From positions 23,454 to 87,453 of the IMG/VR virus record IMGVR_UViG_3300037493_005286: DNA of 64,000 nt, one strand, 5' to 3'. Below the pieces are notes generated by a model. The model was not told the DNA's origin. It saw only the letters and a list, made by a program, of their open reading frames with translations, and did not search any database. Made by a program: the position numbers and the translations under genes. Shown here piece by piece: positions 28,135 through 38,496 of this stretch (positions are counted from its first letter, which is position 1; each line of letters begins with the position of its first letter). This DNA comes from a virus.

Positions 28135-29150
28135 GCTTCGCGCCAGGTATAATTATAATTAAAATTATATCGATTACGTAGGAATGTACCTGCAAATGGC
28201 GAAGTAGTGTCATTTGATATACCTGTCAAATTATAATATAAATTTGATATATTATAAAACACAAACGGAACTGCAAAGCGCGTAGCTGTAAATCTATGAT
28301 CTAGTTCTAAACTATTATCAGGTATAATTAGGAAAGTACTAATATCTCTGTATATACCTGTTACATTAGACTGTACACCGGTATATACAGTAGATACTGT
28401 TACTGATTTAGTAGAGTGGTTTATACTATAACCTATCTCTGTAGGAGGAAAGGAAGATTTTGAGGGTGTACTGATACCCACCTTTAGTTGATCAGGCCAT
28501 GGTGCACCGACTGCTGTAATAGGACCATTATTTGTTGTTAAAACAAGGTAATTATTACTATAGTAAGGTCTATCATATACAGGTGTATTATACGTGTAAG
28601 TAGTTAACGGTATACTATATGTATAACCGTCACCAGTATTTATTTTTGCTGTAGATGCTGTAGTATTGTACCAGTTTAACTTTATCTTATAGGTAAACTC
28701 GAGAATATCACCCATTAATACGTCAATAGCGCTGCCAAAGGTATTTCTAGCAAAAGCATTACTCGATAATGCAGGCTTTATAGCGAATTCTTGCAAACTA
28801 ATATCCTGTGAAGCAGAGATAGTACTAAATGTCGCTTTGTATACCTTAGAACTTAGTCCTTCTATATAGCTTTCCTTATTATCGCAAAGTATATTAATAA
28901 AAGAACTTAAAGGAGGTGCTGCTAAGATGCCATTTAAGTAATACCCAGCTGATCCGCCAAGGCTACCACTTACCCCTAAGTCTAAGTAATTAATCAAATC
29001 AGGTACATCGGTATTATATAAAGCCATCAACCCACCTGATAATATAGTATTACTACACCAATCACTATTATACGCGATTTCATTATTACGTATAATTTTA
29101 ACGTTATATGTACCTTTAAGGTCAACTGTACAGTTTAAAGTATTATTCAT
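28131..29150 (-). CDS. Putative virion structural protein (tail/baseplate)
   Basis: S/T/N/Y-rich beta protein; LKGTYNV..NTILSGG..YLDLG..QEFAI..FAR..YKI recalls tail-collar-type N-terminal domains; ATG at 29150. Confidence 0.55.
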   Translation of the reverse strand: MNNTLNCTVDLKGTYNVKIIRNNEIAYNSDWCSNTILSGGLMALYNTDVPDLINYLDLGVSGSLGGSAGYYLNGILAAPPLSSFINILCDNKESYIEGLSSKVYKATFSTISASQDISLQEFAIKPALSSNAFARNTFGSAIDVLMGDILEFTYKIKLNWYNTTASTAKINTGDGYTYSIPLTTYTYNTPVYDRPYYSNNYLVLTTNNGPITAVGAPWPDQLKVGISTPSKSSFPPTEIGYSINHSTKSVTVSTVYTGVQSNVTGIYRDISTFLIIPDNSLELDHRFTATRFAVPFVFYNISNLYYNLTGISNDTTSPFAGTFLRNRYNFNYNYTWREA

Positions 29151-29151
29151 T

Positions 29152-30330
29152 TTAAAAATATGATAGAGATGTACTGCTAGTATACGACCCCACTGGTCGA
29201 GTATAGCCACCGTTATTTAAATACGTAGTGCCACCGTTAATTAACTTCCACGTATCTCCCATACTCGAAAGACTTAAAGTATACGCACCATTTTTATATG
29301 TAAAGTAATCAGTTCTTGTTAATATTACTCGAGTTGTACCGTTTACTAAGGCATCTATATAATGCCCGAAATTATAATAATCAGGAGCTGTATCATTATT
29401 ACCTCCTAAATTTGAATCGGCACAGTAATTTCTACCAGAAAGTAAACATGCCTTAGAGGTAGCAGCATCGCTATTATCAGTATATTTAAATGTACATAGC
29501 TCATTTAAAAATGGAGGATACGCTGGGGATATTACAGGAATTGCGGTAATTGTACTTGACTGAGTATTATAGCAAGATAGGGTGGATATTGTAGTTACAT
29601 TGGTACTGTTCTGTACCAATGTAGGCGCTACACGAACACCTTCAATATGTACGTTATCAATAACAATCCTACCTGCAGATGTTGTTGTTGTAAAAGAACT
29701 AACAGGCTTTGTAAAAGATACACCTGGTCTAAATCGACTATTAGCTGAAGCACTTAAATTAACATTTAATGTTAATAAGTTAGTAAACTCATTATCCGGT
29801 GAATACCTATAATCAACAATAAGAAGACTACCTAAATCAGCCAGTCTAGCTCTTATTGTCTTTTTAGATGAATCTACGACATTAAATCCTGTAATTGCAA
29901 AATTTGTAGAATATTTGTTATAAGAAAATGTAGGAAATTCAGCACGGATCGAGATAGAGTTAGGTATTACGGAAGCCTCAGTAATACCATCTCTAATTAA
30001 CCTAGTATTTGTACTATCATTTGCTGATACTGCAAAACCACCTGTTGAGTCAAAACCAACGCCAATTAAAGCACCGTATAATCCAAACTCCAAGCCGGTA
30101 TAACCTGTGATGTTCTCAAACGAAGATAATCCCGAGTAACCTAAATCTATACCTGAACTACCGCCATAAAATTCATAATCTGCATTTTGTAAAAATACAC
30201 AAAACCCAAACTCCGTACTAGGTAAAGCACCACTCAAGTAATAATCAAAAGACCACACGATATCATAATATGGTGAATAACATGCCTCGCCTATACTTAA
30301 AGCTTTTACACCGGTTGGAGTTAGATACAT
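29152..30330 (-). CDS. Virion protein with L-type lectin/ConA-like domain
   Basis: GFCVFL...DLGYSG...LIGVGFD...RPGVSF pattern; TAAATA upstream (30339-30344). Confidence 0.6.
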   Translation of the reverse strand: MYLTPTGVKALSIGEACYSPYYDIVWSFDYYLSGALPSTEFGFCVFLQNADYEFYGGSSGIDLGYSGLSSFENITGYTGLEFGLYGALIGVGFDSTGGFAVSANDSTNTRLIRDGITEASVIPNSISIRAEFPTFSYNKYSTNFAITGFNVVDSSKKTIRARLADLGSLLIVDYRYSPDNEFTNLLTLNVNLSASANSRFRPGVSFTKPVSSFTTTTSAGRIVIDNVHIEGVRVAPTLVQNSTNVTTISTLSCYNTQSSTITAIPVISPAYPPFLNELCTFKYTDNSDAATSKACLLSGRNYCADSNLGGNNDTAPDYYNFGHYIDALVNGTTRVILTRTDYFTYKNGAYTLSLSSMGDTWKLINGGTTYLNNGGYTRPVGSYTSSTSLSYF

Positions 30331-30346
30331 ATATTATATATTTAGT

Positions 30347-30559
30347 TTACGACCGCTTAATAAAAACGCAAGTAAGAGTTTTACTACCCTTAAATGATGA
30401 GGAATGAATTAATTCAAAATTAAGTCTCTTCAACTCTTGAAATATAATTGAAAAGTACTCCTTATCTAAGTTCATTACTATACTACCTCTTTGCTCGTCT
30501 ACTAATATAAAGTCAGTAAACTCTTCGGCAAGAGCATATGCTTTATCTGGAACGGTCAC
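30347..30559 (-). CDS. Hypothetical small late protein
   Basis: 70 aa, GTG start 5 nt after TAAATA (30565-30570). Confidence 0.55.
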   Translation of the reverse strand: MTVPDKAYALAEEFTDFILVDEQRGSIVMNLDKEYFSIIFQELKRLNFELIHSSSFKGSKTLTCVFIKRS

Positions 30560-30586
30560 AGTAGTATTTAATCACATACTACGCGA

Positions 30587-31456
30587 TTACTTTGTATAGC
30601 CTATAATTCTAAGATTAATAGATACTTCACTACTCCATGGCGATATACGCAGTCCAAAAAATGAATTATTACCAATACTTGATAAGGGTATAGTCGCATG
30701 ACCCTGTATAAGAGCTGCAAGGCTATTAGGTAGTTCTGCTATTTGATACTCGTAATCCCCAACCTCGGTTAAATTAGTTGTAGCAAGTTTTGTAATTGCT
30801 GGAGCTCCAGCAATTACAATAGGATTTAACGGAGTAGTAGTAGCTAACATCCTATACTCTATAATAACACTTTTAGCAACTAAAGGTAATCTACGACCTG
30901 TAGACACACCGGTAATATTAGATATAGTAGGATACGTATTCATTTTTATACCGGTAAGTACATTAGAATAAGTTGTAAAATTAGTACATATTGCCACCGG
31001 CGCAGCTAAAAATACTGTACCTGCTTCTCCATTATAAACATCAGAATCATTAATGGTTGTAACTGTACCGGGGTATATAGGAGCTGCAGTGAGAGCGACA
31101 GCTCGTATTTGATTAAATTCGTCAATACTAATAGTATTGTCACCAGCAGTATACTTACCTCCTATTGACTGCCATCCCGCATTAGCCCACTGGTATAATG
31201 TACTATTACCGGTATCAAACGCCAAATCACCAGTGACTGATGTTACTAGGGTACCTATACTACCTGTTCTGTATACAAGGTTACCTACAACACTACCACC
31301 GTACGTCATACCATCACCTACAAAAAGTCTTTCTGTATCAGCTGTATATCCTAACTCACCTTGTGCTAGTACTATACCCTTCCTATCAACATCAGACCCT
31401 CTTCTAACAAGAAGTTTGAGAAGTGTATTTTCAAGTATTTCGATTTTTTTCGCCAT
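30587..31456 (-). CDS. Tail fibre-like protein with Mtd_N/hyaluronidase-type N-terminal domain
   Basis: LLVRRG...LAQGELGYTADTERLFVGDG; TAAATA at 31463-31468. Confidence 0.75.
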   Translation of the reverse strand: MAKKIEILENTLLKLLVRRGSDVDRKGIVLAQGELGYTADTERLFVGDGMTYGGSVVGNLVYRTGSIGTLVTSVTGDLAFDTGNSTLYQWANAGWQSIGGKYTAGDNTISIDEFNQIRAVALTAAPIYPGTVTTINDSDVYNGEAGTVFLAAPVAICTNFTTYSNVLTGIKMNTYPTISNITGVSTGRRLPLVAKSVIIEYRMLATTTPLNPIVIAGAPAITKLATTNLTEVGDYEYQIAELPNSLAALIQGHATIPLSSIGNNSFFGLRISPWSSEVSINLRIIGYTK

Positions 31457-31481
31457 ATTAATTATTTAAGGTTATACAATA

Positions 31482-33485
31482 TTAAATTTCCGCGTCAGCC
31501 GTCCATTGCATTGAACCATCGAAAAACCCGGTAGTAGATGTTGTATTTGTATGAAATTGATTTGTGTTTACATCTGCTACAGTTACGTTGTAAGAGCTTA
31601 AATAGGTACCAACTCGTATTAAGTCAGCTCTACCTTGAGTTCCTGTTTGTGGTGAGTATGTAATTATAGTGGGTGTGACTGCTTTTGTCACTTTAAACGG
31701 TACCCTATGGCTAATATACATTGCACTTAATCCATTAACTCCAAGACCTGCAGGTATGTATGTTGTATACTCGTGGTTCTGTATATCATTAGCTAAGAAT
31801 GTTGTACCTGGAGATACATTTACATTATACCCCTTTTCGTAGTATCGCTGACATAATACTAATTCCGTACCTACTGGCTTGTATTCAAACGGAGTAGGTA
31901 CATTTCCTCTCTCTAGTTGAATTTGTGCAATATCATACCAACCAGTTTTATTAGCAGCAAACCCTGCAGTTAGCAAACTAAAATCAGAATTCGTCATGGC
32001 AGGCCCAGGGAACACAGGCCACCCGGGTCTGCTACTAGCAAAGGCATCGCCAGGGTTACCATGTCTAATCTTTGAACTGTTTGTCCAGAATGTTTTAAGG
32101 TCAACTTGAAATACCCAACTTGATAGTGGCGGTGGCGCTGCCCAAGTGTAAGACGGTGGACTAAGTATTGTGGCACTGGGATCAAACGAAGCTGCAACAA
32201 CTTGCGCTGATGTTGGCATTAAAAATGTATGGTAAAAATATTGCCATACATTAGAAAGTTGAAACACCTTATTTGCTATAGTTGGTGTCCATAGACCTGT
32301 AGGTGTTGAATGTATCTGAGATTCAGATACAATATACGTTGGGTTTTGTGAACGTGCCCAAAACGACAGGGTTACCTCTCTACCTAGCACCTCATAGGCG
32401 TTTTCTAAACTGCATATAGCAAGGGCACCTTCTCCATCAGTATTTATAGTTCCTAGATTAGTTGTTCCGGTAACATTTGATGATAACCGTAAAAAATAAT
32501 TCGAGTTGAAAAAAGCTTGAGATGCAGCATCAGATGTCATACGTATTACGCTATACGTGCCAGTATACCCTGAATTAGGTAAATTAATATACGTATTCCA
32601 TCTATCAGCAGCCTTATACGGTGCAGGTACAGGCCATGCAGCCGGATTAATGGATAAGCTAGTATATATAGATGGGTTATACCTTTGCCAGAAATCAAAA
32701 TTACTATTAATGACCTTATTTTTAAATCCATAGGCTCCACTATCTGTACTTAAAGCACTAAGGCTTAAATCAGTTATTGCTGGCCAGCCACTAGTTAATG
32801 AGCTGGTAAATGCTGAATATACATCATCTCCGAGATAAGTTAAAGTTATTGATTTTGGCAGTAAAGTTATGTTACCAGCAGCAAAAACTAACGGTTCAGC
32901 TATTTTAACGCCTATCTGGACACCATTACCCCCGCTAAGCCCTCGCTCATTATTAAAAGCCGATGTATTAAGTTTCGCAGCATCAATACCACCATCTTTT
33001 ACTATTAGTTTGTTAATAGATGTGTTAATCGCGATACTACTCTCATCCGAGTTAATTTTGATACCATCAATAGTATTAATTATAGCACCTTCAGGATTAA
33101 CCACAGTTCCTGTCGCTGTACTTATTAAAGAAGATGTAACTGTAAGTCTATTACTAGCATCATATGTTATATAAGTATTATCAGGTTTAGCGTTAATATT
33201 CGCCCAGTTTGAAAGGTTAGTAAAATCAGCAGCTGTAAGCTGGTATAGTATGTTATTAGAATAAATAGTATCTCCAACCAAAGCGGTAGTTTGATTTGTT
33301 AGTACTGGTGATGGTGGTAATGTATTGTTACCAACCGAATTACCACCTAGAGATACACCGTCACCTATAAACACCCTGCGAGTATCAATAGTATAACCTA
33401 ATTCACCTTGCTCGAGCGTAACCGACTTACGCTGAAGATCGGTACCACGTCTTATTTTAAGTTTAATAGTTGAAATGTCAGGCAT
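31482..33485 (-). CDS. Tail fibre protein (Mtd_N-type N-terminus, carbohydrate-binding-like C-terminal domain)
   Basis: LKIRRG...LEQGELGYTIDTRRVFIGDG; KNKVINSNFDFWQR...QIQLERGNVPTPFE...ELVLCQRYYEK...WTADAEI. Confidence 0.8.
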   Translation of the reverse strand: MPDISTIKLKIRRGTDLQRKSVTLEQGELGYTIDTRRVFIGDGVSLGGNSVGNNTLPPSPVLTNQTTALVGDTIYSNNILYQLTAADFTNLSNWANINAKPDNTYITYDASNRLTVTSSLISTATGTVVNPEGAIINTIDGIKINSDESSIAINTSINKLIVKDGGIDAAKLNTSAFNNERGLSGGNGVQIGVKIAEPLVFAAGNITLLPKSITLTYLGDDVYSAFTSSLTSGWPAITDLSLSALSTDSGAYGFKNKVINSNFDFWQRYNPSIYTSLSINPAAWPVPAPYKAADRWNTYINLPNSGYTGTYSVIRMTSDAASQAFFNSNYFLRLSSNVTGTTNLGTINTDGEGALAICSLENAYEVLGREVTLSFWARSQNPTYIVSESQIHSTPTGLWTPTIANKVFQLSNVWQYFYHTFLMPTSAQVVAASFDPSATILSPPSYTWAAPPPLSSWVFQVDLKTFWTNSSKIRHGNPGDAFASSRPGWPVFPGPAMTNSDFSLLTAGFAANKTGWYDIAQIQLERGNVPTPFEYKPVGTELVLCQRYYEKGYNVNVSPGTTFLANDIQNHEYTTYIPAGLGVNGLSAMYISHRVPFKVTKAVTPTIITYSPQTGTQGRADLIRVGTYLSSYNVTVADVNTNQFHTNTTSTTGFFDGSMQWTADAEI

Positions 33486-33565
33486 ATATAGTTCACTTGG
33501 TTATATAAAAGTGTCTATGATTATTTATGTTACCACTCTGTATTTCAACTCGATAGATTTTAAAC

Positions 33566-34486
33566 TTATACGTCTATGCTATTCTCAAAAATACCCTTAT
33601 CCGTAAGAGTTACTCTAAAGTAATCACGATCTACAATCTTATACTTACACCACGAAAAGGCATCTTTAAATGTTATTGGTATACAAGCATAATTACCGCA
33701 ACTCTCAGAAGTTAAATTTAATCTTAATAAGAAATCTTTCGCATCTTTCATTCTACTAACATGATTTGAAGTCTCATTAATAAAATTACGTAGTAGGAAT
33801 GTACTCATCGAACATGAAACGTAATTCATACGTACATCCTGTAACATGTAAATAAAACCAGTATTTGCAAATACAAATCCACATCGCATGCCAGCAAATC
33901 CTAGACTCTTACTAAACGTTCTTATGATGCAACAGTTACTATACTTTAATGCTAATTGATGAACTGACTCATAGTTAGAATATTCAATGTACGCCTCATC
34001 GATAATAACAAAATTATTATTGCATACAAGATACTCTACTTCGTCAGGTGTAAATGAATGACCATTATTACCGTTAGGATTAGCAATGTACAATACATCA
34101 TGATTGGTCAAGCAATCAATGTTTATTTGATTAAAATCACTATAGAATATTTCATTAAAAGCAGTACCGTATATTTTACAGTAAACACTAACCATTTCAA
34201 ATGTAGGTGATAGAATAGTAAATTTACTGGTACGTAACATACGTACTATTCTATCAATTAGTTCTGTTGACCCGTAACCTATAGCTAAATTGTTGATATC
34301 AAAATTATAATAGCAACTAATTATTTCATATAGTTCACGTTCATTATTATAGTTTAATATATCCTTATGATCCACATCACCCAACTTAACTTTTACTTGA
34401 TCAAAGAGTACACTATCGTAGCATACATTATTACTCAAGTCAATCAAAGAAGATGATTTATTTATATGCCAATCCGGTCGTCTCAT
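33566..34486 (-). CDS. PLP-dependent class I/II aminotransferase (HisC/CobD-like)
   Basis: GYGSTELI, PTFEM, YIANPNGNNG, IIDEAYIEY, RTFSKSLGFAGMRCG, FRVT. Confidence 0.9.
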   Translation of the reverse strand: MRRPDWHINKSSSLIDLSNNVCYDSVLFDQVKVKLGDVDHKDILNYNNERELYEIISCYYNFDINNLAIGYGSTELIDRIVRMLRTSKFTILSPTFEMVSVYCKIYGTAFNEIFYSDFNQINIDCLTNHDVLYIANPNGNNGHSFTPDEVEYLVCNNNFVIIDEAYIEYSNYESVHQLALKYSNCCIIRTFSKSLGFAGMRCGFVFANTGFIYMLQDVRMNYVSCSMSTFLLRNFINETSNHVSRMKDAKDFLLRLNLTSESCGNYACIPITFKDAFSWCKYKIVDRDYFRVTLTDKGIFENSIDV

Positions 34487-35306
34487 TGAATAGGTTATAT
34501 TCGGTTTCCCCTCTTAACGTTCCACACGCATTGCACTTATTACACGGTGAATGATTACGACCATTTAATAATTTAGCTTTAAATTCATTATATGCTTTTC
34601 CTAGCCAGACGTCTCGTATAGATTGTTCGCTTACATTCCCAAGAGTTAACGTTCTTGCCCAGTCATTATCACATGTAAGTACATCGCCATTCCAGTCAAT
34701 AAACAATTTATAGAATGGTCTATAGCATGGTTTTTGTATATTCAGTAAATTGTTATCAAAAGCAATTTCTTTTCGATTTACTATGTTAAGACCGTAATCA
34801 ATAGACGCATCATAATGATGGCGATATATCATTTGAATTGGTATATCGCCTTTAAGATTGTTAAAGTAAGCTGTAGCATCATGATCGTACATACTTACAG
34901 CTATAACATTACAACCAGCTTCATATAAAGAAGCTATTCGCTCAGCCGTTAGCAAATCACCATTTGTATTTATTTCAAGATACTTTAAATTAGTATTACA
35001 CACTCGTATTGCAGCTATACACTGTTCTAATTGTTGGTGCAATAACGGTTCACCAAATCCTACGAACCCTACATGATTGGTAAACTTAATATCAGCCAGG
35101 TCCCTTCCTATTTTTTCGCACAACTCAACAGATATTCTTGTATGTGTTGATGGATACAATTTAGAATTGCTACGTGGACAGAAACTACATTTACGTGTAC
35201 ACGATTCACTTGGATTTATTTCAACACTCTTAAGTGAGCTCAACAAGTCATACGGTGTATGTGTATTGTATTGACTGTTTCTTATATCTGTTATTGTTAA
35301 ACTCAT
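34458..35306 (-). CDS. Radical SAM enzyme with SPASM/twitch domain
   Basis: CTRKCSFC, GFGEPLLH, NTNGDLL; C-terminal CYRPF..IDWNGDVLTC..LGNV..CNKC. Confidence 0.92.
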   Translation of the reverse strand: MSLTITDIRNSQYNTHTPYDLLSSLKSVEINPSESCTRKCSFCPRSNSKLYPSTHTRISVELCEKIGRDLADIKFTNHVGFVGFGEPLLHQQLEQCIAAIRVCNTNLKYLEINTNGDLLTAERIASLYEAGCNVIAVSMYDHDATAYFNNLKGDIPIQMIYRHHYDASIDYGLNIVNRKEIAFDNNLLNIQKPCYRPFYKLFIDWNGDVLTCDNDWARTLTLGNVSEQSIRDVWLGKAYNEFKAKLLNGRNHSPCNKCNACGTLRGETEYNLFNETTGLAYK

Positions 35307-35527
35307 ACTAGATTATACTTATATTATATATTACTATACTCACAATTCTCGTATATTCTCGTAATTTTTAACTCAGTAACTACCTCTTTCAAAGTGGAGA
35401 GCCTTAGGAGAATCATCTTGAAACTTTTAATACTACAGTACTAACTAATATTATTCAATAGGGAGAGACACAATCTCTGAATCAATTAACCATATAAATT
35501 GACGTAAGCCCTGACTTAATGTAAATG

Positions 35528-36169
35528 TTATTCATAAATTTTGTATAGGCTTATGTATGCTTCTGCATAAGCTTTATTACATTCCATGCCACGAAAACGT
35601 GCATATGTTTCTATACCAGTTTGGCTTCGAGGATTAGGATATGTCTTTACTTCACTTTGATACATATTCATCATATGCCACTTGGACTTTACATCAGCTT
35701 CACTTAACGCTAGATATGTATTAGGAAAAAACGGTTTATAGCCCTGCGTAGTAGATGAAGGTACTTCATAACACAAACATTCAGCTGCCTGTGTATGTTG
35801 TATTCTACGAAAAGCAATTGCTGCTGATTTATGAACCGCAGTATGATCACTACTAATATCACCGTCAAACGGTATAAACACAACATCGGGGGTCACCTCT
35901 AAGTAAACCTTTTCAATATCTTTAATAAGATCAGACGATGATACTTGATCAAGTCGCTCATCCATATAATTCAACAAATGATATGTTATACCTGTTAGCT
36001 TATGTAGCTGTTGCGTATCGTGTATATTAGTAGTATACGATGAACTTCTATGCGCAACAATAATAACATGAATGTCTTTATCTAAATTTTGAGATATACA
36101 ACCACCACATCCGAGTATTTCGTCATCTGCATGTGGTGCAACTATAAGCATCTTATTGTAATTTTTCAT
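35528..36169 (-). CDS. PIG-L/LmbE-family N-acetyl deacetylase
   Basis: APHADDEILGCGG, DISSDH, YEVPSST, YQSE..YPNPRS, RG..AEAY. Confidence 0.92.
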   Translation of the reverse strand: MKNYNKMLIVAPHADDEILGCGGCISQNLDKDIHVIIVAHRSSSYTTNIHDTQQLHKLTGITYHLLNYMDERLDQVSSSDLIKDIEKVYLEVTPDVVFIPFDGDISSDHTAVHKSAAIAFRRIQHTQAAECLCYEVPSSTTQGYKPFFPNTYLALSEADVKSKWHMMNMYQSEVKTYPNPRSQTGIETYARFRGMECNKAYAEAYISLYKIYE

Positions 36170-37043
36170 CTATTTGCCTCCATATCCACTCTTGTAAATC
36201 TATACGTTGTTTAAAGTTTAGTATATTCATCGCTTTATTCAACTTAATACTTTTACCTTTATACTCAATAGTACCTGTATCATTATAGGTAACTTGTAAA
36301 TTCTTAACCTTAGATTGTATTATATCAATAATATCACGTAATGTATAGGAACGTATACCGTCAACACTGATAGTTTCATTACATGTACTATCGTAATACT
36401 CTACTACTGATGTAACAGTACGTGCTATATCATCTACATGTATAAAGTTTCTATAACCATCGCTAGAAATAGAGATAGTATTATTATTTTTAGCATTTCT
36501 TATAAACGTGGATATCGCAGTTCGTGGATTAGCATGCTCACCGTAGATTGTACCATACCGTAATATAGTATAATCTAGTCCAAAACATTGCTGATAACTT
36601 CTAATAAGCATTTCTCCGCAAATTTTAGTAGTTGTATACATACTAGTACCTACATTTACATTTAATAGCGTATCTTCATCCACTACATTACCTAAACATT
36701 CACCATAAACCCAGCATGTGCTTGAAAATACTATACGTTTAACATTATTTTTAACGCACGCATTCAATACATTGTGTAAACCTACAATGTTAGTTGATAT
36801 AGACAGCTCTGGATCGTCATTATTTTTAGTCGCTTCAGAAATTGCAGCAAACATATAAACTACATCTACATTTTTAAGTAATTCACTGAGCTTATCTGCC
36901 TCTACTGTAATATCACAGTGATCATACGGGTAATTGCCAATAGAACTACTAATATCTATAATTTGCGTGTCGTGATTATCTCTTAACATATCAAATACAC
37001 GAGACCCGATAAATCCATTACCGCCAATTAACTTAATGTTCAT
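36153..37043 (-). CDS. NAD-dependent epimerase/dehydratase (extended SDR)
   Basis: GGNGFIG, FSST, YTTTK (YxxxK), LRYGTIYG, RNFIHVDD. Confidence 0.92.
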   Translation of the reverse strand: MNIKLIGGNGFIGSRVFDMLRDNHDTQIIDISSSIGNYPYDHCDITVEADKLSELLKNVDVVYMFAAISEATKNNDDPELSISTNIVGLHNVLNACVKNNVKRIVFSSTCWVYGECLGNVVDEDTLLNVNVGTSMYTTTKICGEMLIRSYQQCFGLDYTILRYGTIYGEHANPRTAISTFIRNAKNNNTISISSDGYRNFIHVDDIARTVTSVVEYYDSTCNETISVDGIRSYTLRDIIDIIQSKVKNLQVTYNDTGTIEYKGKSIKLNKAMNILNFKQRIDLQEWIWRQIDEKLQ

Positions 37044-37854
37044 ATATAAATCTTTTTTGTTCGTTTATCATACATTGTAGTGTAGGTACCGATACGACAG
37101 GGTGAATAGTAGTTAAACTTCTATCTAAAGTATTGTTTATTATTGTATTACTAATAGTATTAGCACTTGTAGGTATTACAGTCATATTAAGACCGTATAC
37201 CTCATTTAACAAGCAAATTAATTCATACTTACTGACTATAGTTCGTGAATATACATGACGTATACCGCTCCAAAGCGTTATACCATCATTTCTTACCATT
37301 CGTTCAATTAGCTTAGCTACTTCCAACCCAGTTATACCATTCCAAAGACAATTAGTATAGCCAGTAACTTGTTTATTTGCATTTTTAAGAGCAAATTCAA
37401 GTAATCCGATTTTGTTATATCGTTCTTCACCAATAAAACTAACTCTCATTACTGTACTCCTTATATCGTCGTGACGTTTTGTCTGGCCATACCAGTCATA
37501 AGCATCATAAGTATCAGTTTCGTTATAATTACCACGATTCCCGCTATATACACAATCTGATGAAAAGTTAACCAGTCTACAATCAACTTTACTACAAATT
37601 TTATCAAGTCTTAACGGAAAATTATAGTTAACATCTAAAGCATGCTGATATGATTGTATATTAGGCTTAAGTAACCCAATACAATTAACTACAACATCAC
37701 CTTTACTTAAAGTTGAAGCAAACTTTCCTGAGTTAAAGTTATATACATTACACCGCGAACGATCATAATCTTCTACTGTATAACCGCATTGTTTAAAATA
37801 CTTTGAAACATATGTTCCAAGCATTCCATTACATCCTAATACGCGTATTTTCAT
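37033..37854 (-). CDS. NDP-4-keto-sugar reductase (RfbD/RmlD-like SDR)
   Basis: LGCNGMLG, VVNCIG, SSDCVYSG..GNYNE, YGQTK, SKYEL, DRSL. Confidence 0.88.
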   Translation of the reverse strand: MKIRVLGCNGMLGTYVSKYFKQCGYTVEDYDRSRCNVYNFNSGKFASTLSKGDVVVNCIGLLKPNIQSYQHALDVNYNFPLRLDKICSKVDCRLVNFSSDCVYSGNRGNYNETDTYDAYDWYGQTKRHDDIRSTVMRVSFIGEERYNKIGLLEFALKNANKQVTGYTNCLWNGITGLEVAKLIERMVRNDGITLWSGIRHVYSRTIVSKYELICLLNEVYGLNMTVIPTSANTISNTIINNTLDRSLTTIHPVVSVPTLQCMINEQKRFIYEH

Positions 37855-38462
37855 TTTTTAAATACTTTAAGTTGGCTAAGATCAACAGCATATTCTGCAG
37901 CAGCGCCGCATACTGTTTGCATACTACTCTTTGCTCTATAAAATTGTTCTATACCGCGCGCGGCTTGTTCAGGAGTCATATACATGTGATAGCCTAACAT
38001 ATCAACGTCAGTTTTTAAGATTTCATTGTAATAATAACTTGCTCGGCCATCATATCGTGCTTTGCGTAACCATTCAACTGCTGCAGCATCATCTGTTAAT
38101 ATCATACCTCCTTTTCCGATAGGTATGATTTTCTTAAAGTGAAATGATAGACAAACAAACCCACCATTATACATATCCTTTTCAAAACGGCATGCGCTAT
38201 CAACTACTGGATATGGAGATAATTGATAGTCACCAACCCAATCACTATCAACAAATTCAACATCATACCCAGCATGTATGATTGACATTGGAACCGATAA
38301 GTATGTTTTCTTGGGTACCTGTACTGGCTGATCTCCGTTCAAATACTTAAATGCTAAAAACAATGCATTAGAACAAGAATCAACGGCAACTGCATATTTA
38401 CTTCCGCAATATGCTGCAACCTCTTTTTCAAAAAATTCTACAGTATCCCAAACACCGTTCAT
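37851..38462 (-). CDS. Short DegT/DnrJ/EryC1/StrS-family PLP enzyme (N-terminal domain only)
   Basis: FEKEVAAYCGSKYAVAVDSCSNAL, TYLSVP, DSA, CLSFHFKK..IGKGGMILTDD, GYHMYM; only 203 aa. Confidence 0.88.
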   Translation of the reverse strand: MNGVWDTVEFFEKEVAAYCGSKYAVAVDSCSNALFLAFKYLNGDQPVQVPKKTYLSVPMSIIHAGYDVEFVDSDWVGDYQLSPYPVVDSACRFEKDMYNGGFVCLSFHFKKIIPIGKGGMILTDDAAAVEWLRKARYDGRASYYYNEILKTDVDMLGYHMYMTPEQAARGIEQFYRAKSSMQTVCGAAAEYAVDLSQLKVFKK

Positions 38463-38468
38463 ATTACA

Positions 38469-38496
38469 ATGTTATAATAATATACTTAAAAATCTA
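38469..38496 (-). promoter_or_regulatory. Sigma70-like promoter for the DegT-RfbD-SDR-deacetylase sub-operon
   Basis: TAGATT-N16-TAACAT, 6 nt before ATG at 38462. Confidence 0.5.

Noticed and set aside
33566-34486. Histidine biosynthesis auxiliary gene hisC
   Set aside because: Fold assignment is clear, but no other his genes are present and it overlaps a radical SAM gene, so the substrate cannot be assigned.
35404-35535. Selenoprotein or TGA recoding (three in-frame TGA)
   Set aside because: No redox motif or convincing SECIS-like hairpin; TGA is a normal stop for uvsW, gp46 and gp41 here; chance is plausible.
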